Source: Bacillota bacterium (GTDB taxonomy: Bacteria; Bacillota; Clostridia; Acetivibrionales; DTU013). From it: 64,000 nt of DNA. Under the pieces are notes generated by a model. It saw nothing but the letters and a program-made list of their open reading frames with translations, ran no database searches and was not told the DNA's origin. Location of the stretch: contig JAEYOM010000123.1 in the NCBI GenBank assembly GCA_023411715.1, positions 20,225 through 84,224 on the forward strand. Reading direction: 5' to 3'. Position 1 is the first letter of the stretch; the number at the start of each line of letters is the position of its first letter. The position numbers and the translations under genes were made by a program. Shown piece after piece: positions 11,502 through 21,735 of this stretch.

Positions 11502-12869
11502 ATGAAAGTTGCAAAATTTGGCGGAACGTCACTGGCATCCGCCGATCAGATAAAGAAAGTATGCAACATTATCACATCGGACCCGGAGCGCAGGCTGATC
11601 GTAGTATCCGCTCCAGGCAAGCGTTTCAAAGAAGACATAAAAGTTACCGACATGCTCATAGCTTGTGCCAAAGCCGGTTTGGAAAATGGCGATGCGGAAA
11701 AAGAATTGCAAGCCGTAACAGAAAGATTTGCAAATATAGCTTCTGAGCTTGGGGTAAACGGAGGCATCGTTGAAACAATCTCGGCAGACCTCAGAAAGCG
11801 CGCAGAGAGCGATAAAACCGATAAAGGAAGGTATATGGACAGTCTGAAGGCAGCTGGTGAAGACAATTGCGCGAAGCTCGTCGCGGAATACCTCAAAAGC
11901 GCAGGTTTTGATGCGCGTTATGTAAATCCGAAGGATGCCGGACTGCTGCTCAGCGATGAATTCGGAAATGCGCAGGTCCTGCCCCAGTCGTACGAAAATC
12001 TGAGAGCTCTATCCGACTACTCCGGAATAACCATATTCCCCGGATTTTTCGGCTATTCGCTTTCCGGAGAGGTCGTGACGCTTCCCCGCGGCGGTTCAGA
12101 CATAACGGGCTCAATCGTTGCGGCGGCTGTGAATGCCGATCTATATGAAAACTTTACCGATGTCGATTGCGTGTACTCCGTAAATCCGAATCTGATAAAA
12201 TCTCCCGTTCCGATACATGAAGTAACATACAGGGAGATGCGTGAGCTTTCCTATGCCGGCTTCGGAGTATTTCACGAGGAGGCGCTCGTTCCGGTCTTTT
12301 ATAAAGGCGTGCCCGTCTGTATCAAGAATACGAACAATCCTTCCGCTCCCGGGACAACAATAGTAAAAGAGCGCCGCACAAACGGCTTCCCTGTAGTCGG
12401 AATCGCAAGCGACACAGGCTTTTGCTTCATATATATAAGCAAATACCTTATGAACCGGGAGGTCGGCTTCGGTCGAAAGATCCTCCAGATACTCGAGGAA
12501 GAACATATCTCCTTCGAACATATCCCCTCCGGAATAGATAATATGTCGATAATCCTGAAACAGGATATGATGGACGAATATAAGGAAAAGAAGATCACCG
12601 GGCGTATCAGGAGCGAACTGGCAGCCGATGATATCTCTGTCGTCAAGAATATAGCACTGGTCATGATTGTCGGGGAAGGCATGCGAAATACCCTTGGAAT
12701 AACCTCGAGAGCCTCCGCGGCGCTTGCCGGTGCAGGCATCAACCTTGAAATGATCAACCAGGGGCCTTCAGAGGTAAGCATGATGTTCGGAGTAAAGGCG
12801 GATGTTTGCAATAAGGCTGTCTGCGCACTTTATGACGAATTTTTCATAAAGCAGATGAAAGACGCATAA
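11502..12869 (+). CDS. aspartate kinase
   Basis: MKVAKFGGTSLASADQIKKV is the amino-acid kinase N-terminus. Further on are ...LPRGGSDITGS... and C-terminal ACT-like repeats. 455 aa. Confidence 0.9.
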   Translation: MKVAKFGGTSLASADQIKKVCNIITSDPERRLIVVSAPGKRFKEDIKVTDMLIACAKAGLENGDAEKELQAVTERFANIASELGVNGGIVETISADLRKRAESDKTDKGRYMDSLKAAGEDNCAKLVAEYLKSAGFDARYVNPKDAGLLLSDEFGNAQVLPQSYENLRALSDYSGITIFPGFFGYSLSGEVVTLPRGGSDITGSIVAAAVNADLYENFTDVDCVYSVNPNLIKSPVPIHEVTYREMRELSYAGFGVFHEEALVPVFYKGVPVCIKNTNNPSAPGTTIVKERRTNGFPVVGIASDTGFCFIYISKYLMNREVGFGRKILQILEEEHISFEHIPSGIDNMSIILKQDMMDEYKEKKITGRIRSELAADDISVVKNIALVMIVGEGMRNTLGITSRASAALAGAGINLEMINQGPSEVSMMFGVKADVCNKAVCALYDEFFIKQMKDA

Positions 12870-12881
12870 CTGAAACACAGG

Positions 12882-12909
12882 GAAACGCAGCGAACCGTCC
12901 CTGCGTTTC
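12882..12909. terminator. hairpin between convergent genes (putative bidirectional terminator)
   Basis: GAAACGCAG (12882-12890) pairs with CTGCGTTTC (12901-12909). The flanking T-runs are weak. Confidence 0.45.
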
Positions 12910-12919
12910 GTCCCTCTGT

Positions 12920-13666
12920 TTAATCCCTTTTTTTAGGCAACCGCTTTATCTTGTCGATTATCCTGTCCTTGAGAAATAGTCCCGTCAGGAACAATACCAG
13001 CGCGGCTACCGAAAGAATTATCACCGTCACATAGTTGCCTTTTTCAGTGCTGCTGCCTATGACAGAGGATGCAAAAAGCGCAGGCAGCCGGGCTATTGTG
13101 ATGATTATGAAGAAATGCAGCGGTTTTACCGGCGTGATGCCCGCAATGTAGGTAAGCATATCCTTTGGGATGCCAGGTATCAGGAACAGCAGGAACATAG
13201 CCGCTTCCGACTTGTCATCATTTATCATGAAATTGAATTTTTTCAAATGCTCTGGCGATACTAGCATTTTCACCAGAGGATAACCAAGCAGCCTTGCTAT
13301 GAAGAAAACCAGAACGGATCCGATAAGGATGCCCGTTATCGAATATAACGTTCCGAACCAGGTCCCGTAAATATACCCTCCGGCGATCTGGATCACTTCC
13401 CCGGGTATCGCCGCTACCAGGACCTGCAGTATCTGTATGCCTATAAACACCAGGACGCCCTTCCAGCCGTAAGAACCCAGCCTGTCGCTCAGGCTTCCGG
13501 GATCTCTCATCAATTTCGTCAGCTGCGGTCCGAATTTTATTGTGAAGTACGCCATAGCTCCAAGGAACAGAGCTATCAGAACGATGTACAGCGCTATCCT
13601 GCTTTTGCTTTTTCCGTCTTTTACAACAATATTGCTTCCGGTCTCCTTTCCTGCTTCATTACTCAA
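12920..13666 (-). CDS. TVP38/TMEM64 (DedA-related, SNARE-associated) family membrane protein
   Basis: 248 aa and multi-pass hydrophobic. The conserved stretch ...LVAAIPGEVIQIAGGYIYG... is typical of this family. Confidence 0.75.
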   Translation of the reverse strand: MSNEAGKETGSNIVVKDGKSKSRIALYIVLIALFLGAMAYFTIKFGPQLTKLMRDPGSLSDRLGSYGWKGVLVFIGIQILQVLVAAIPGEVIQIAGGYIYGTWFGTLYSITGILIGSVLVFFIARLLGYPLVKMLVSPEHLKKFNFMINDDKSEAAMFLLFLIPGIPKDMLTYIAGITPVKPLHFFIIITIARLPALFASSVIGSSTEKGNYVTVIILSVAALVLFLTGLFLKDRIIDKIKRLPKKRD

Positions 13667-13761
13667 TCCGGTTACCTCGTTTCAAATATATTCGCACGTA
13701 ATGTGTAGACTTGATTTATATTATTATTTACGAAGCAGTTCGGATTTTGTCTAAAAACCGT

Positions 13762-15951
13762 CTATCCCTCGAACTTCATTGTCACCTGCTTGTCCTCGCC
13801 GTCTTCAGCCCTGAAATAGCAGCCTACTGCGGGTATAGACCTCGTACGGTAATAATCGGGATCCTTGATGCCCGATTCCTCAAGAGTTTTAACAGCGCAC
13901 AGCCGGCTCCCCTTTTTCTCCTTCAGCACCTGCACTCCCTGCGAATCGCGCGTGGATTTGGGGTTTATGCAGGAGGTATCGAATATCAGCACCTTGTTTA
14001 TGCTGCTGTAGGCGACAAGTTCCGTATCCGCCGGAAGATAACGCATGTCGACCAGAGGTGAAAGGTTGGAATATGCATTTGCGAGCTTTTTCCTGTTTGT
14101 TTTTGTTGCATAGCTTCCCAGCTCGATTTTGGCGAACTTACCGCTTTCGAATGAAAATAACAGCCAGCCGGTATAATTATCTGTCGCGGCCATATAAATT
14201 ATTCTCTCGCCGTTTTCGAGCTGCAGCAGGTTTGTAAGATATTCTCCGAGCGCGCTTGCCTTGCAGTCCGGGATATCATACATCCTTAACTTGTAGACCG
14301 TCTGGCGGTCCGAGAACAGAAGCAGTTCCGCCTTGTTGTGCGTCTCTATTTCCTGTACTATCCTGTCATCATCCTTGAGCTTGTGCTCAGGGTTCGCGCG
14401 CAGTGAGACGAGGGCGATCTTCTTGAGATAGTTCTGCTCTGTAAGGAACAGCTTCAGGTTATAATCGTCGATAAGATGTTCTTCCGTAATTTCCTCGACA
14501 TGTGTTTCCGGTATGATCTCCGTCTTCCTCGGCTGGCCGTACTTCTTTGATACCTCGCCGAGCTGCCTGGCGATGAGCTTCCTTATTTTCCTTTCATCGC
14601 CGAGCAGTTCCTTCAGGTCGGCTATTTCCTTCTGCAGCGTATCGACTTCCCCGACCTTGTCCAGAATGTACTCGCGGTTGAGGTTGCGCAGCTTGATCTC
14701 TGCAATGAATTCCGCCTGCAGCTGGTCGATCCCGAAACCGTCCATCAGGTTAGGCACTACCTGGGCGTCGTGCTCGGTGTTCCGTATGATCGCAATAGCT
14801 TTATCGATATCGAGCAGTATCTTTCGAAGGCCAAGCAATAGATGGAGCTTATCCTCCTTCTTTCCGATATCGAACGCGGTCTGCCTTTTGATACAATTGA
14901 CCCTGAATATAAGCCATTCGCGCAGGATTTCCCGGATGCCCATGACCCTGGGGCTTCCATTTATCAGTATATTGAAATTACAGTTGAACGTATCCTGCAG
15001 CGCAGTCAGTTTAAACAGCTTGTTCATGATCTCGTCGGGATCCACGTTCTTACGTATGTCAAGCGTGATCTTCAATCCATCGATGTCGGTCTCGTCGCGA
15101 ACATCCGTTATGTCCCTGAGCCTGCCATTCTTCACAAGCTCTATGACTGAGTCGATTATTGCCTCGGAAGCAGTCGTATAGGGTATCTCATATATCTCTA
15201 TGCAGCTGTTCTGCTTGTCATATTTGTATTTTGCCCTGACCTTGAAGCCGCCTCTTCCTGTTTCATAAATGCCCCTTAATTCGCTTTCATTTAAGATCAG
15301 GCAGCCGCCGGTAGAAAAATCGGGCGCCTTTATGTACTGCATAAGGTCGGCATTCTCATCGCCTATATAAGCTATGGCTGCATCGCAGACTTCCTTAAGG
15401 TTGAAGCTGCAAACATTTGAGGCCATGCCTACCGCAATACCCTGGTTCGCATTGACCAGAACACTTGGGAAAGTGGCGGGAAACAGTGTAGGTTCCTTCA
15501 TCGTTCCATCGTAATTGTCGACAAAGTCCACTGTGTTTTTATCAAGATCGCGGAACAGCTCTTCGCATATCTTTTCAAGCTTTACCTCGGTATACCTGGA
15601 GGCTGCGTACTGCATGTCCCTCGAATACTGTCTGCCGAAGTTACCCTTGGAGTCTATCATTGGGTGAAGCAGCGCGCCGTTTCCCCTCGTCAGTCTGACC
15701 AATGTCTCATAGATGGCCTGATCGCCATGCGGATTCAGCTTCATTGTCTGTCCGACCACGTTGGCCGACTTCGTCTTAGGTCCGGTCAGCAGCCCCATTT
15801 TGTACATGGTATAAAGCAGCTTCCTGTGGGACGGCTTGAAACCGTCTATCTCCGGGATGGCCCGTGAAACGATGACGCTCATCGCATAAGGCATGAAATT
15901 TTGTTCAATCGTATCGGGTATTTTTTGCAATACCATATTTTTATCCGACAT
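13762..15951 (-). CDS. type IIA DNA topoisomerase subunit A (ParC/GyrA family; short C-terminal domain suggests ParC-like)
   Basis: ...AMSVIVSRAIPEIDGFKPSHRKLLYTM... and ...YAASRYTE... (catalytic Tyr region). 729 aa, immediately downstream of the B subunit. Confidence 0.9.
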   Translation of the reverse strand: MSDKNMVLQKIPDTIEQNFMPYAMSVIVSRAIPEIDGFKPSHRKLLYTMYKMGLLTGPKTKSANVVGQTMKLNPHGDQAIYETLVRLTRGNGALLHPMIDSKGNFGRQYSRDMQYAASRYTEVKLEKICEELFRDLDKNTVDFVDNYDGTMKEPTLFPATFPSVLVNANQGIAVGMASNVCSFNLKEVCDAAIAYIGDENADLMQYIKAPDFSTGGCLILNESELRGIYETGRGGFKVRAKYKYDKQNSCIEIYEIPYTTASEAIIDSVIELVKNGRLRDITDVRDETDIDGLKITLDIRKNVDPDEIMNKLFKLTALQDTFNCNFNILINGSPRVMGIREILREWLIFRVNCIKRQTAFDIGKKEDKLHLLLGLRKILLDIDKAIAIIRNTEHDAQVVPNLMDGFGIDQLQAEFIAEIKLRNLNREYILDKVGEVDTLQKEIADLKELLGDERKIRKLIARQLGEVSKKYGQPRKTEIIPETHVEEITEEHLIDDYNLKLFLTEQNYLKKIALVSLRANPEHKLKDDDRIVQEIETHNKAELLLFSDRQTVYKLRMYDIPDCKASALGEYLTNLLQLENGERIIYMAATDNYTGWLLFSFESGKFAKIELGSYATKTNRKKLANAYSNLSPLVDMRYLPADTELVAYSSINKVLIFDTSCINPKSTRDSQGVQVLKEKKGSRLCAVKTLEESGIKDPDYYRTRSIPAVGCYFRAEDGEDKQVTMKFEG

Positions 15952-16083
15952 ATCTGCACCTTTCCATCATATGTATCTTGCCGTATTGAAGGCGTCAGAT
16001 GCGAGGAGTTCAAGGAAAGCAAGCAGCGAGCACCGCAGTTTAATATTATAAATGAGGAGCGCAACGGCACAGCTTGACTATAT

Positions 16084-16164
16084 ATTTCGTCTTCGACGAA
16101 ATGTTACATTAATGAAACATTTCTGCGAAGCAGAAATATATTGAAATCCGACGCATAAGGCGTC
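16084..16164 (-). other. nested-palindrome RNA/DNA structure element in the topoisomerase B-A intercistronic gap
   Basis: Hairpins: ATTTCGTC-ttc-GACGAAAT (16084-16102), ATTTCTGC-gaa-GCAGAAAT (16119-16137) and GACGC-ataag-GCGTC (16150-16164). A 26-nt near-palindrome GAAATGTTACATTAATGAAACATTTC (16098-16123) shares arms with the first two. Confidence 0.6.
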
Positions 16165-16165
16165 T

Positions 16166-18148
16166 TCAACTGACGTCTATCATGTCCATATACTTGGTCC
16201 CGTTCTCTTCGATAAAACTCTTTCTGCCCTGAAGGTTTTCTCCGAGCAGTAGGTCGAACATCAGCTCTGTTTTTTGCAAGTCGTCAGGCACGATCTTGAT
16301 GAGCCTTCTTGTTTCAGGGTTCATAGTCGTCTGCCACATCATTTCGGGTTCGTTTTCGCCCAGACCCTTTGACCGCTGTATTGCATATTTGACGCCATCC
16401 AGTTTCGACAATATCTGGACCTTTTCTTTTTCGGTGTAGGCAAACCAGGTCTTCCCCTTGCTGGTGATCTCAAACAGCGGAGATTCCGCTATGAACACCT
16501 TTCCTTCGTCTATAAGGGTCGGGACCAGGCGGTACAGCATCGCAAGGATCAGCGTCCGTATCTGGAAGCCATCCACGTCGGCGTCAGTACATATTATTAT
16601 CTTGTGCCACCTGAGGTTGTCCAATTCAAAGGTATTCAGGTCCTTGTTGTGGCGTGACTTGATTTCTACGCCGCAACCCAGAACCTTCAACAGGTCTACT
16701 ATTATCTCGCTCTTGAATATACTGTCGTATCCCGCCTTCAGACAGTTCAGTATCTTTCCCCTTACAGGCATGATAGCCTGGAATTCCGCATCCCTTCCCA
16801 TTTTACAGGAACCCAGGGCGGAATCGCCTTCCACTATATAAAGCTCTCGCCTGTTTGTATCCTTTGTCCTGCAGTCGACGAACTTTTTGACGCGGTTTGA
16901 CATGTCGATCGTACCGCCAAGCTTCTTCTTTATGTTGATGCGCGTCTTCTCCGCCGTTTCGCGGCTGCGCTTGTTTACCAGTATCTGGTCCACGATACGG
17001 TCGCTTTCGATTTTATTCTCTATGAGATATATCTCAAGCTGCTGGCGGATGAAATCAGTCATCGCCTCCTGGATGAATTTGTTCGTTATGGACTTCTTAG
17101 TCTGGTTTTCATAACTCGTGACCGTTGAAAATGAGTTTGTCACCAGGATAAGGCTGTCCTGTACATCGTTGAAGGTTATCTTTGCTTCATCCTTGTTGTA
17201 TTTGCCCTTGTTCCTGATAAACTTGTCCAGCTCATTGACGAATGCCGCTCTGACTGCGCGGTCAGGCGAGCCGCCGTGTTCGAGGAAGCTGGAATTGTGA
17301 TAGTACTCGAGTAGGTTCACCTCATTGTTGAAGCAGAATGCAACCTGCATCTTGACCTTGTATTCGGGCTTATCCTCGCGGTCCCTGCCCTTTGCAGAGG
17401 ATTCATAGAATTGTATGCCTGTAAAGCTCTTGTCCCCGCCTATTTCGGAGATATAATCGATTATCCCGTGTTCATAGCAGAACTCCTGGACGCTGCCGGA
17501 AGCTTCGTCGGTAAGTATGAATTTCAGGCCCGCGTTGACGACAGCCTGCTTCTTAAGCGTTGTTACGTAATACTCAAGTGGTATGTCGGTATCGGTAAAT
17601 ACTTCAAGATCGGGTTTCCAATGCTGTATCGAACCCGTGCTTTCGTACTTGCACTTTTCCCTGATCAGGCCGCCTGCGTTCTCCCCCTTTTCAAAGCGAA
17701 GATCGTAGCGGAAGCCGTCCCTGAAAACGGTGACATCCATAAATTCGGAGCTGTACTGCGTAGCGCAGCTGCCGAGGCCATTCAGCCCAAGGCTGAATTC
17801 ATAATTTTCCCCGGAATTCGTTTTATATTTGCCCCCTGCATAAAGTTCGCAAAAGACGAGCTCCCAGTTGTACCTGTCTTCCTTCTGGTTGAAGTCGACC
17901 GGTATACCCCTGCCGTAGTCCCTGACAGTGATCGAACGGTCGGAATGGCGGGTGACTTCTATTCTGTCGCCGTAGCCTTCCCTTGCCTCGTCTATGGAAT
18001 TGGAAAGTATTTCGAAAAAGGAATGCTCACAGCCTTCTATGCCGTCCGAGCCAAATATGACGCCGGGCCTCAAGCGGACCCTGTCGGCCCCCTTCAGTGA
18101 AGAAATGCTTTCATTGCCGTATTCCTCAGATTTTTTTCCCTTTGTCAT
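16166..18148 (-). CDS. type IIA DNA topoisomerase subunit B (ParE/GyrB family)
   Basis: ...LKGADRVRLRPGVIFGS..., a GHKL ATPase region, and a TOPRIM region (...ELYIVEGDSALGS...; ...IIICTDADVDGFQI...). 660 aa. Confidence 0.92.
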   Translation of the reverse strand: MTKGKKSEEYGNESISSLKGADRVRLRPGVIFGSDGIEGCEHSFFEILSNSIDEAREGYGDRIEVTRHSDRSITVRDYGRGIPVDFNQKEDRYNWELVFCELYAGGKYKTNSGENYEFSLGLNGLGSCATQYSSEFMDVTVFRDGFRYDLRFEKGENAGGLIREKCKYESTGSIQHWKPDLEVFTDTDIPLEYYVTTLKKQAVVNAGLKFILTDEASGSVQEFCYEHGIIDYISEIGGDKSFTGIQFYESSAKGRDREDKPEYKVKMQVAFCFNNEVNLLEYYHNSSFLEHGGSPDRAVRAAFVNELDKFIRNKGKYNKDEAKITFNDVQDSLILVTNSFSTVTSYENQTKKSITNKFIQEAMTDFIRQQLEIYLIENKIESDRIVDQILVNKRSRETAEKTRINIKKKLGGTIDMSNRVKKFVDCRTKDTNRRELYIVEGDSALGSCKMGRDAEFQAIMPVRGKILNCLKAGYDSIFKSEIIVDLLKVLGCGVEIKSRHNKDLNTFELDNLRWHKIIICTDADVDGFQIRTLILAMLYRLVPTLIDEGKVFIAESPLFEITSKGKTWFAYTEKEKVQILSKLDGVKYAIQRSKGLGENEPEMMWQTTMNPETRRLIKIVPDDLQKTELMFDLLLGENLQGRKSFIEENGTKYMDMIDVS

Positions 18149-18304
18149 TCGTATCCATCCTCCGGAAAATTTCTATCTGTAATTATTATTTATGAAAGAA
18201 TTTTCAAAGTCAAGTAGGTAAAGCAGCGGAAATGAACTAATTTACAGGTGTGATTTATATTGCCAGCATGAATGGATTAGTTTTTTCAAAAGATAATCAG
18301 CGAG

Positions 18305-18928
18305 GTGATAATAATGAAAAAAATGAAAATAAGAGCAATTTTGATCCTGATATTCGTACTGCTTTTTGCAACGACAGCATTGGCGCAATCTACTTATACC
18401 GTTAAATCAGGCGACACCATGTGGAAGATAGCAAGCAGGTATCAGGTCGGGATAAGCGAGATCATTTCCGCAAACCCGCAGATCAAGAACCCTGCTCTGA
18501 TCTACCCCGGCCAGAAAATAACGATACCGACGGTAACTACCACCGCCCAGGAAAACGAAGTGATACGGCTGGTCAACGTGGAAAGGGCAAGGGCCGGGCT
18601 GCAAACGCTTTCGTCCAATTGGCAGCTTTGCAGAGTCGCACGCTATAAATCCGCCGATATGGCTAACAGGGGCTACTTCAGCCATACCTCGCCGACATAT
18701 GGCACGCCGTTCCAGATGATGGAAAACTTCGGTCTGCGATTTACGGCTGCCGGTGAAAACATAGCTTATGGCCAGAGTACTCCGGCTCAGGTCATGAGAG
18801 ACTGGATGAATTCCCCCGGTCACAGGAACAATATACTGAGCGGCTCGTTTTCACAGATAGGTGTCGGACTCGCAAAGAGCAGCTCCGGCGTGTACTATTG
18901 GACACAGCAGTTCATACGTCCGATGTAA
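18305..18928 (+). CDS. secreted LysM domain + CAP/SCP (YkwD-like) domain protein
   Basis: The signal peptide is MKKMKIRAILILIFVLLFATTALA. The LysM domain is YTVKSGDTMWKIASRYQVGISEIISANPQIKNPALIYPGQKITIP. The CAP domain includes ...NVERARAGL...ENIAYG...WMNSPGHRNNIL.... Confidence 0.88.
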   Translation: MIIMKKMKIRAILILIFVLLFATTALAQSTYTVKSGDTMWKIASRYQVGISEIISANPQIKNPALIYPGQKITIPTVTTTAQENEVIRLVNVERARAGLQTLSSNWQLCRVARYKSADMANRGYFSHTSPTYGTPFQMMENFGLRFTAAGENIAYGQSTPAQVMRDWMNSPGHRNNILSGSFSQIGVGLAKSSSGVYYWTQQFIRPM

Positions 18929-18976
18929 GCCTGATCGGCGTACCATAGCCTAAAACAGCCGACAGGTAATTAAACA

Positions 18977-19024
18977 GGGGACAGAGCTTAGTCCGGTCAA
19001 TTAATCTGACTAAGCTCTGTCCCC
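18977..19024. terminator. strong bidirectional terminator hairpin
   Basis: A perfect 17-bp stem: GGGGACAGAGCTTAGTC (18977-18993) pairs with GACTAAGCTCTGTCCCC (19008-19024). T-rich sequence follows, and the hairpin lies between convergent genes. Confidence 0.85.
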
Positions 19025-19048
19025 CTTTCATTTTCTTACTTATATTTC

Positions 19049-19483
19049 CTATGCCTGCTTTGTCTTTTTCTTTTTTGAAATCCGCCGGAAAAAGGCTGTA
19101 ACCAACAGTATGCCGAATGCGATCGCGCCGGCCCCGCCGAGCGTATTTACCATCTTGACCGCCGCACTTGCCATATCGTTCTCAGTAATGGCCTGAATCA
19201 TTTCATATGCGGTTATCCCCGGCACCAGAGGCAGTATGCCCGGTATCGAAAAGACCGTAGAGGGGGACTTCAGGCAGCGCGCCGCAATTTCGCTGTAGAA
19301 GCCTACAGCCATAGCCCCGACAAAGGACGAAAATATGGAACTGCCTGAAATGCTGTATAAAAGGAGATAAACAAGCCAGCCTGCCGCCCCGGACAGTCCC
19401 GCGAAAATCAGTTTCCGTCCTTTTACGTTGAAGGTCAGGCCGGATCCAAGGCTGCCCAGAAATGCCATCAAAACAGTATGCAT
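19049..19483 (-). CDS. threonine/serine exporter family protein, small subunit (DUF3815-type)
   Basis: Hydrophobic 4-5 TM protein starting MHTVLMAFLGSLGSG. GGAGG lies upstream of the ATG at 19483, which abuts the upstream partner's stop. The ORF is open to 19567. Confidence 0.75.
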   Translation of the reverse strand: MHTVLMAFLGSLGSGLTFNVKGRKLIFAGLSGAAGWLVYLLLYSISGSSIFSSFVGAMAVGFYSEIAARCLKSPSTVFSIPGILPLVPGITAYEMIQAITENDMASAAVKMVNTLGGAGAIAFGILLVTAFFRRISKKKKTKQA

Positions 19484-19487
19484 CCGA

Positions 19488-20243
19488 TCACCACCCTCCT
19501 TTACCCACAGACAAAGCAATACCGACCCCCACAGCCAGTACGGTAACGAGAAGCAGCGCTTCGCCAAGCCTGGTAAGGCTGGCTACAAGATCGCCATAAA
19601 GGGCATCCTTGATACCGTTGGTTATGGAAACGCCCGGAAGGTATATCATTATCGAACCGATAATTATCTTGTATATGTTAAGCACCGGGAAAAGCCGGAC
19701 GGCAGCCAGGCTTATGAAGCCCGCCAGCATTCCAGCGATAAAAAGTTCAAGGAACTGATAAAGATTTTTTCTCGCCATCATTTCATTTGCCAGATAGGCA
19801 ACCGCGCCTATCATAGCAGCTGCAGCGCCGTCGAGCCAGGTCCCCTGGAACAGCACCGTGAAAGCAAAAGCGCTGACCGACGCGGCCACAAGCCTTGCCG
19901 GAAATGCATGCTGCCTAACGGTCTCAATATCGTTCAGGCTTCTTAAAACAGATTCATAATCGGGCCGACTGGCCTGCAGGCTTCTTGAAAGATTATTCAC
20001 ACTATCTATCCTGCTCAGGTCGACTTTTCTGTCATGTATCCTTTTAAAGGCAGTGTGCATACCGCCCTCACTGTCCCGGATCGATATAAAGATGCCTGTA
20101 GGCAGGACAAAACTCTCGCAATAAGTGTCATAGCTTTTGCATATCCTTACTATGGTTTCCTCTACCCTGTAGATCTCAGCTCCGCTGGTCAGCATTATTT
20201 CGCCGGCTTTCAGCGCAATACTCATAAGCTCGTTGGATTGCAT
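19488..20243 (-). CDS. threonine/serine exporter family protein, large subunit (ThrE/DUF1212-type)
   Basis: 251 aa. The head ...AGEIMLTSGAEIYRVEETI... is typical of ThrE-family N-domains. It forms a tight two-gene arrangement with the small subunit. Confidence 0.78.
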   Translation of the reverse strand: MQSNELMSIALKAGEIMLTSGAEIYRVEETIVRICKSYDTYCESFVLPTGIFISIRDSEGGMHTAFKRIHDRKVDLSRIDSVNNLSRSLQASRPDYESVLRSLNDIETVRQHAFPARLVAASVSAFAFTVLFQGTWLDGAAAAMIGAVAYLANEMMARKNLYQFLELFIAGMLAGFISLAAVRLFPVLNIYKIIIGSIMIYLPGVSITNGIKDALYGDLVASLTRLGEALLLVTVLAVGVGIALSVGKGGW

Positions 20244-20468
20244 CCGATTTCCCCGTCATGTTTTTCTCTTAGTATTGTATTCCCAGCAATATTATATCAT
20301 GTCTGAGCAGCTTTGACGCCTCCATTATACCTGATCGGCGTTCATATATTTTTGCCAATTATTATAGACATAAATCAGTATCATAAGTTCCGTTTTCATT
20401 ATCATATCTTATTAATAAAAATTATGGTATATTAAGTTTGTCCAGGAGTATAAAACCAGAGGTGAAGT

Positions 20469-21518
20469 ATGTTTAACAGTGAGTTCATTGTCAGCCTTAA
20501 GAAATTCGGTATTTTCTTCGTGATCTATACGGCTTTGTTTGCGCTGCTGTACTTCACCAGTACCTATACCTTCCCCTTTCTAGTAGCATTCGCAATCGCA
20601 TTCCTGATACAGCCGGTAGCCAAGTTCTTCCGTACCAGGCTGAAATTCAGGAGGAACACTCCCGCTCTGCTTGCATCCTTCATCGTATATCTTCTTATAT
20701 TTTTGATCCTTGGGCTCCTCTTTTACTCGATCGTATCCGAAGCGATGATGCTGCTTCGCAATCTGAAAACTGCAAATCTCGAAAGTATAATAAACCCTAT
20801 TAACAGTATAATCGGTGAAATAAGCGCATATTTTCAAAACATAGATCCGACTTTTATAGAGAAAAACAGCAGCCAGCTTACCAACATCCTAAAAAGCGGG
20901 CTTAATATCGCAGGCAGTACCCTTAGCGCTTTCCTGTCGATCGCGCTCTCCATCCCCTTGTGGATCACGATAATCTTTGTCGTCATACTATCAACCTATT
21001 TCTTTACCCGAGATATGTCCAGCATTAAAGCCCGCTTCATATCTGCCTTTTCGGAAAGCGGGAAGGAAAAAGTCACCAAGCTTTGGAGCCAGGGGATCGG
21101 GATGCTGTCGAAATATGTGAAAGCTTATTTCCTGATTTATTCCCTGACCTTTGTCCAGACTCTGATCGGTTTTTCGATACTGGGCGTCAGGTATGCGGTC
21201 ATGCTCAGCATAATCTGCGCGGTCGCCGACATTCTGCCTGTACTGGGCATAGGTCTTATATACCTTCCGCTTGCCATCATATACCTGCTCACGGGCAACT
21301 ACTTTACAGGCATCGGTATTCTTCTGCTCTTCCTGCTTATCAGTGTCGTAAGGCAAATAGTCGAACCCAAAATAGTTTCGACTTCTCTCGGCATCCACCC
21401 TATCGCCACACTTGTGGCCATATTTATAGGATTAAAGGCCGCAGGCCTGATCGGTATGGTATATCTTACATTCCTGATGGTACTTTACAGGGTCATGAAA
21501 AATACAAAAATACTCTGA
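20469..21518 (+). CDS. ytvI: AI-2E/PerM-family integral membrane protein, YtvI-like (sporulation membrane protein)
   Basis: 349 aa, about 8 TM, with length and architecture of AI-2E transporters. N-terminal and ...DILPVLGIGLIYLP... segments resemble YtvI. Confidence 0.7.
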   Translation: MFNSEFIVSLKKFGIFFVIYTALFALLYFTSTYTFPFLVAFAIAFLIQPVAKFFRTRLKFRRNTPALLASFIVYLLIFLILGLLFYSIVSEAMMLLRNLKTANLESIINPINSIIGEISAYFQNIDPTFIEKNSSQLTNILKSGLNIAGSTLSAFLSIALSIPLWITIIFVVILSTYFFTRDMSSIKARFISAFSESGKEKVTKLWSQGIGMLSKYVKAYFLIYSLTFVQTLIGFSILGVRYAVMLSIICAVADILPVLGIGLIYLPLAIIYLLTGNYFTGIGILLLFLLISVVRQIVEPKIVSTSLGIHPIATLVAIFIGLKAAGLIGMVYLTFLMVLYRVMKNTKIL

Positions 21519-21735
21519 GTCATGCCGGCATTTCAATATGGGAGATGCTCTGATAAGCGATTGTTTCAAATCAACAGAACGGGGAAAACAATATATCGGC
21601 AGCGGCACCAGCGCTCAAGACCCCTGCCTAAATATTGCCTGGAATTGATGGGCAAGCTATAGACTGCGATTCACATTATATAAAACGGGGTGATATTTTT
21701 TGGACGATTGCTTTGCCGGCTTTCAGGAAAAAAGG

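Noticed and set aside
13762-18148. Whether the topoisomerase pair is gyrase (gyrB/gyrA) rather than topoisomerase IV.
   Set aside because: This is not resolved. The locus is not next to dnaA/dnaN/recF and the A subunit is short, which favours ParE/ParC. I could not verify presence or absence of a GyrA box, so no gene symbols are assigned.
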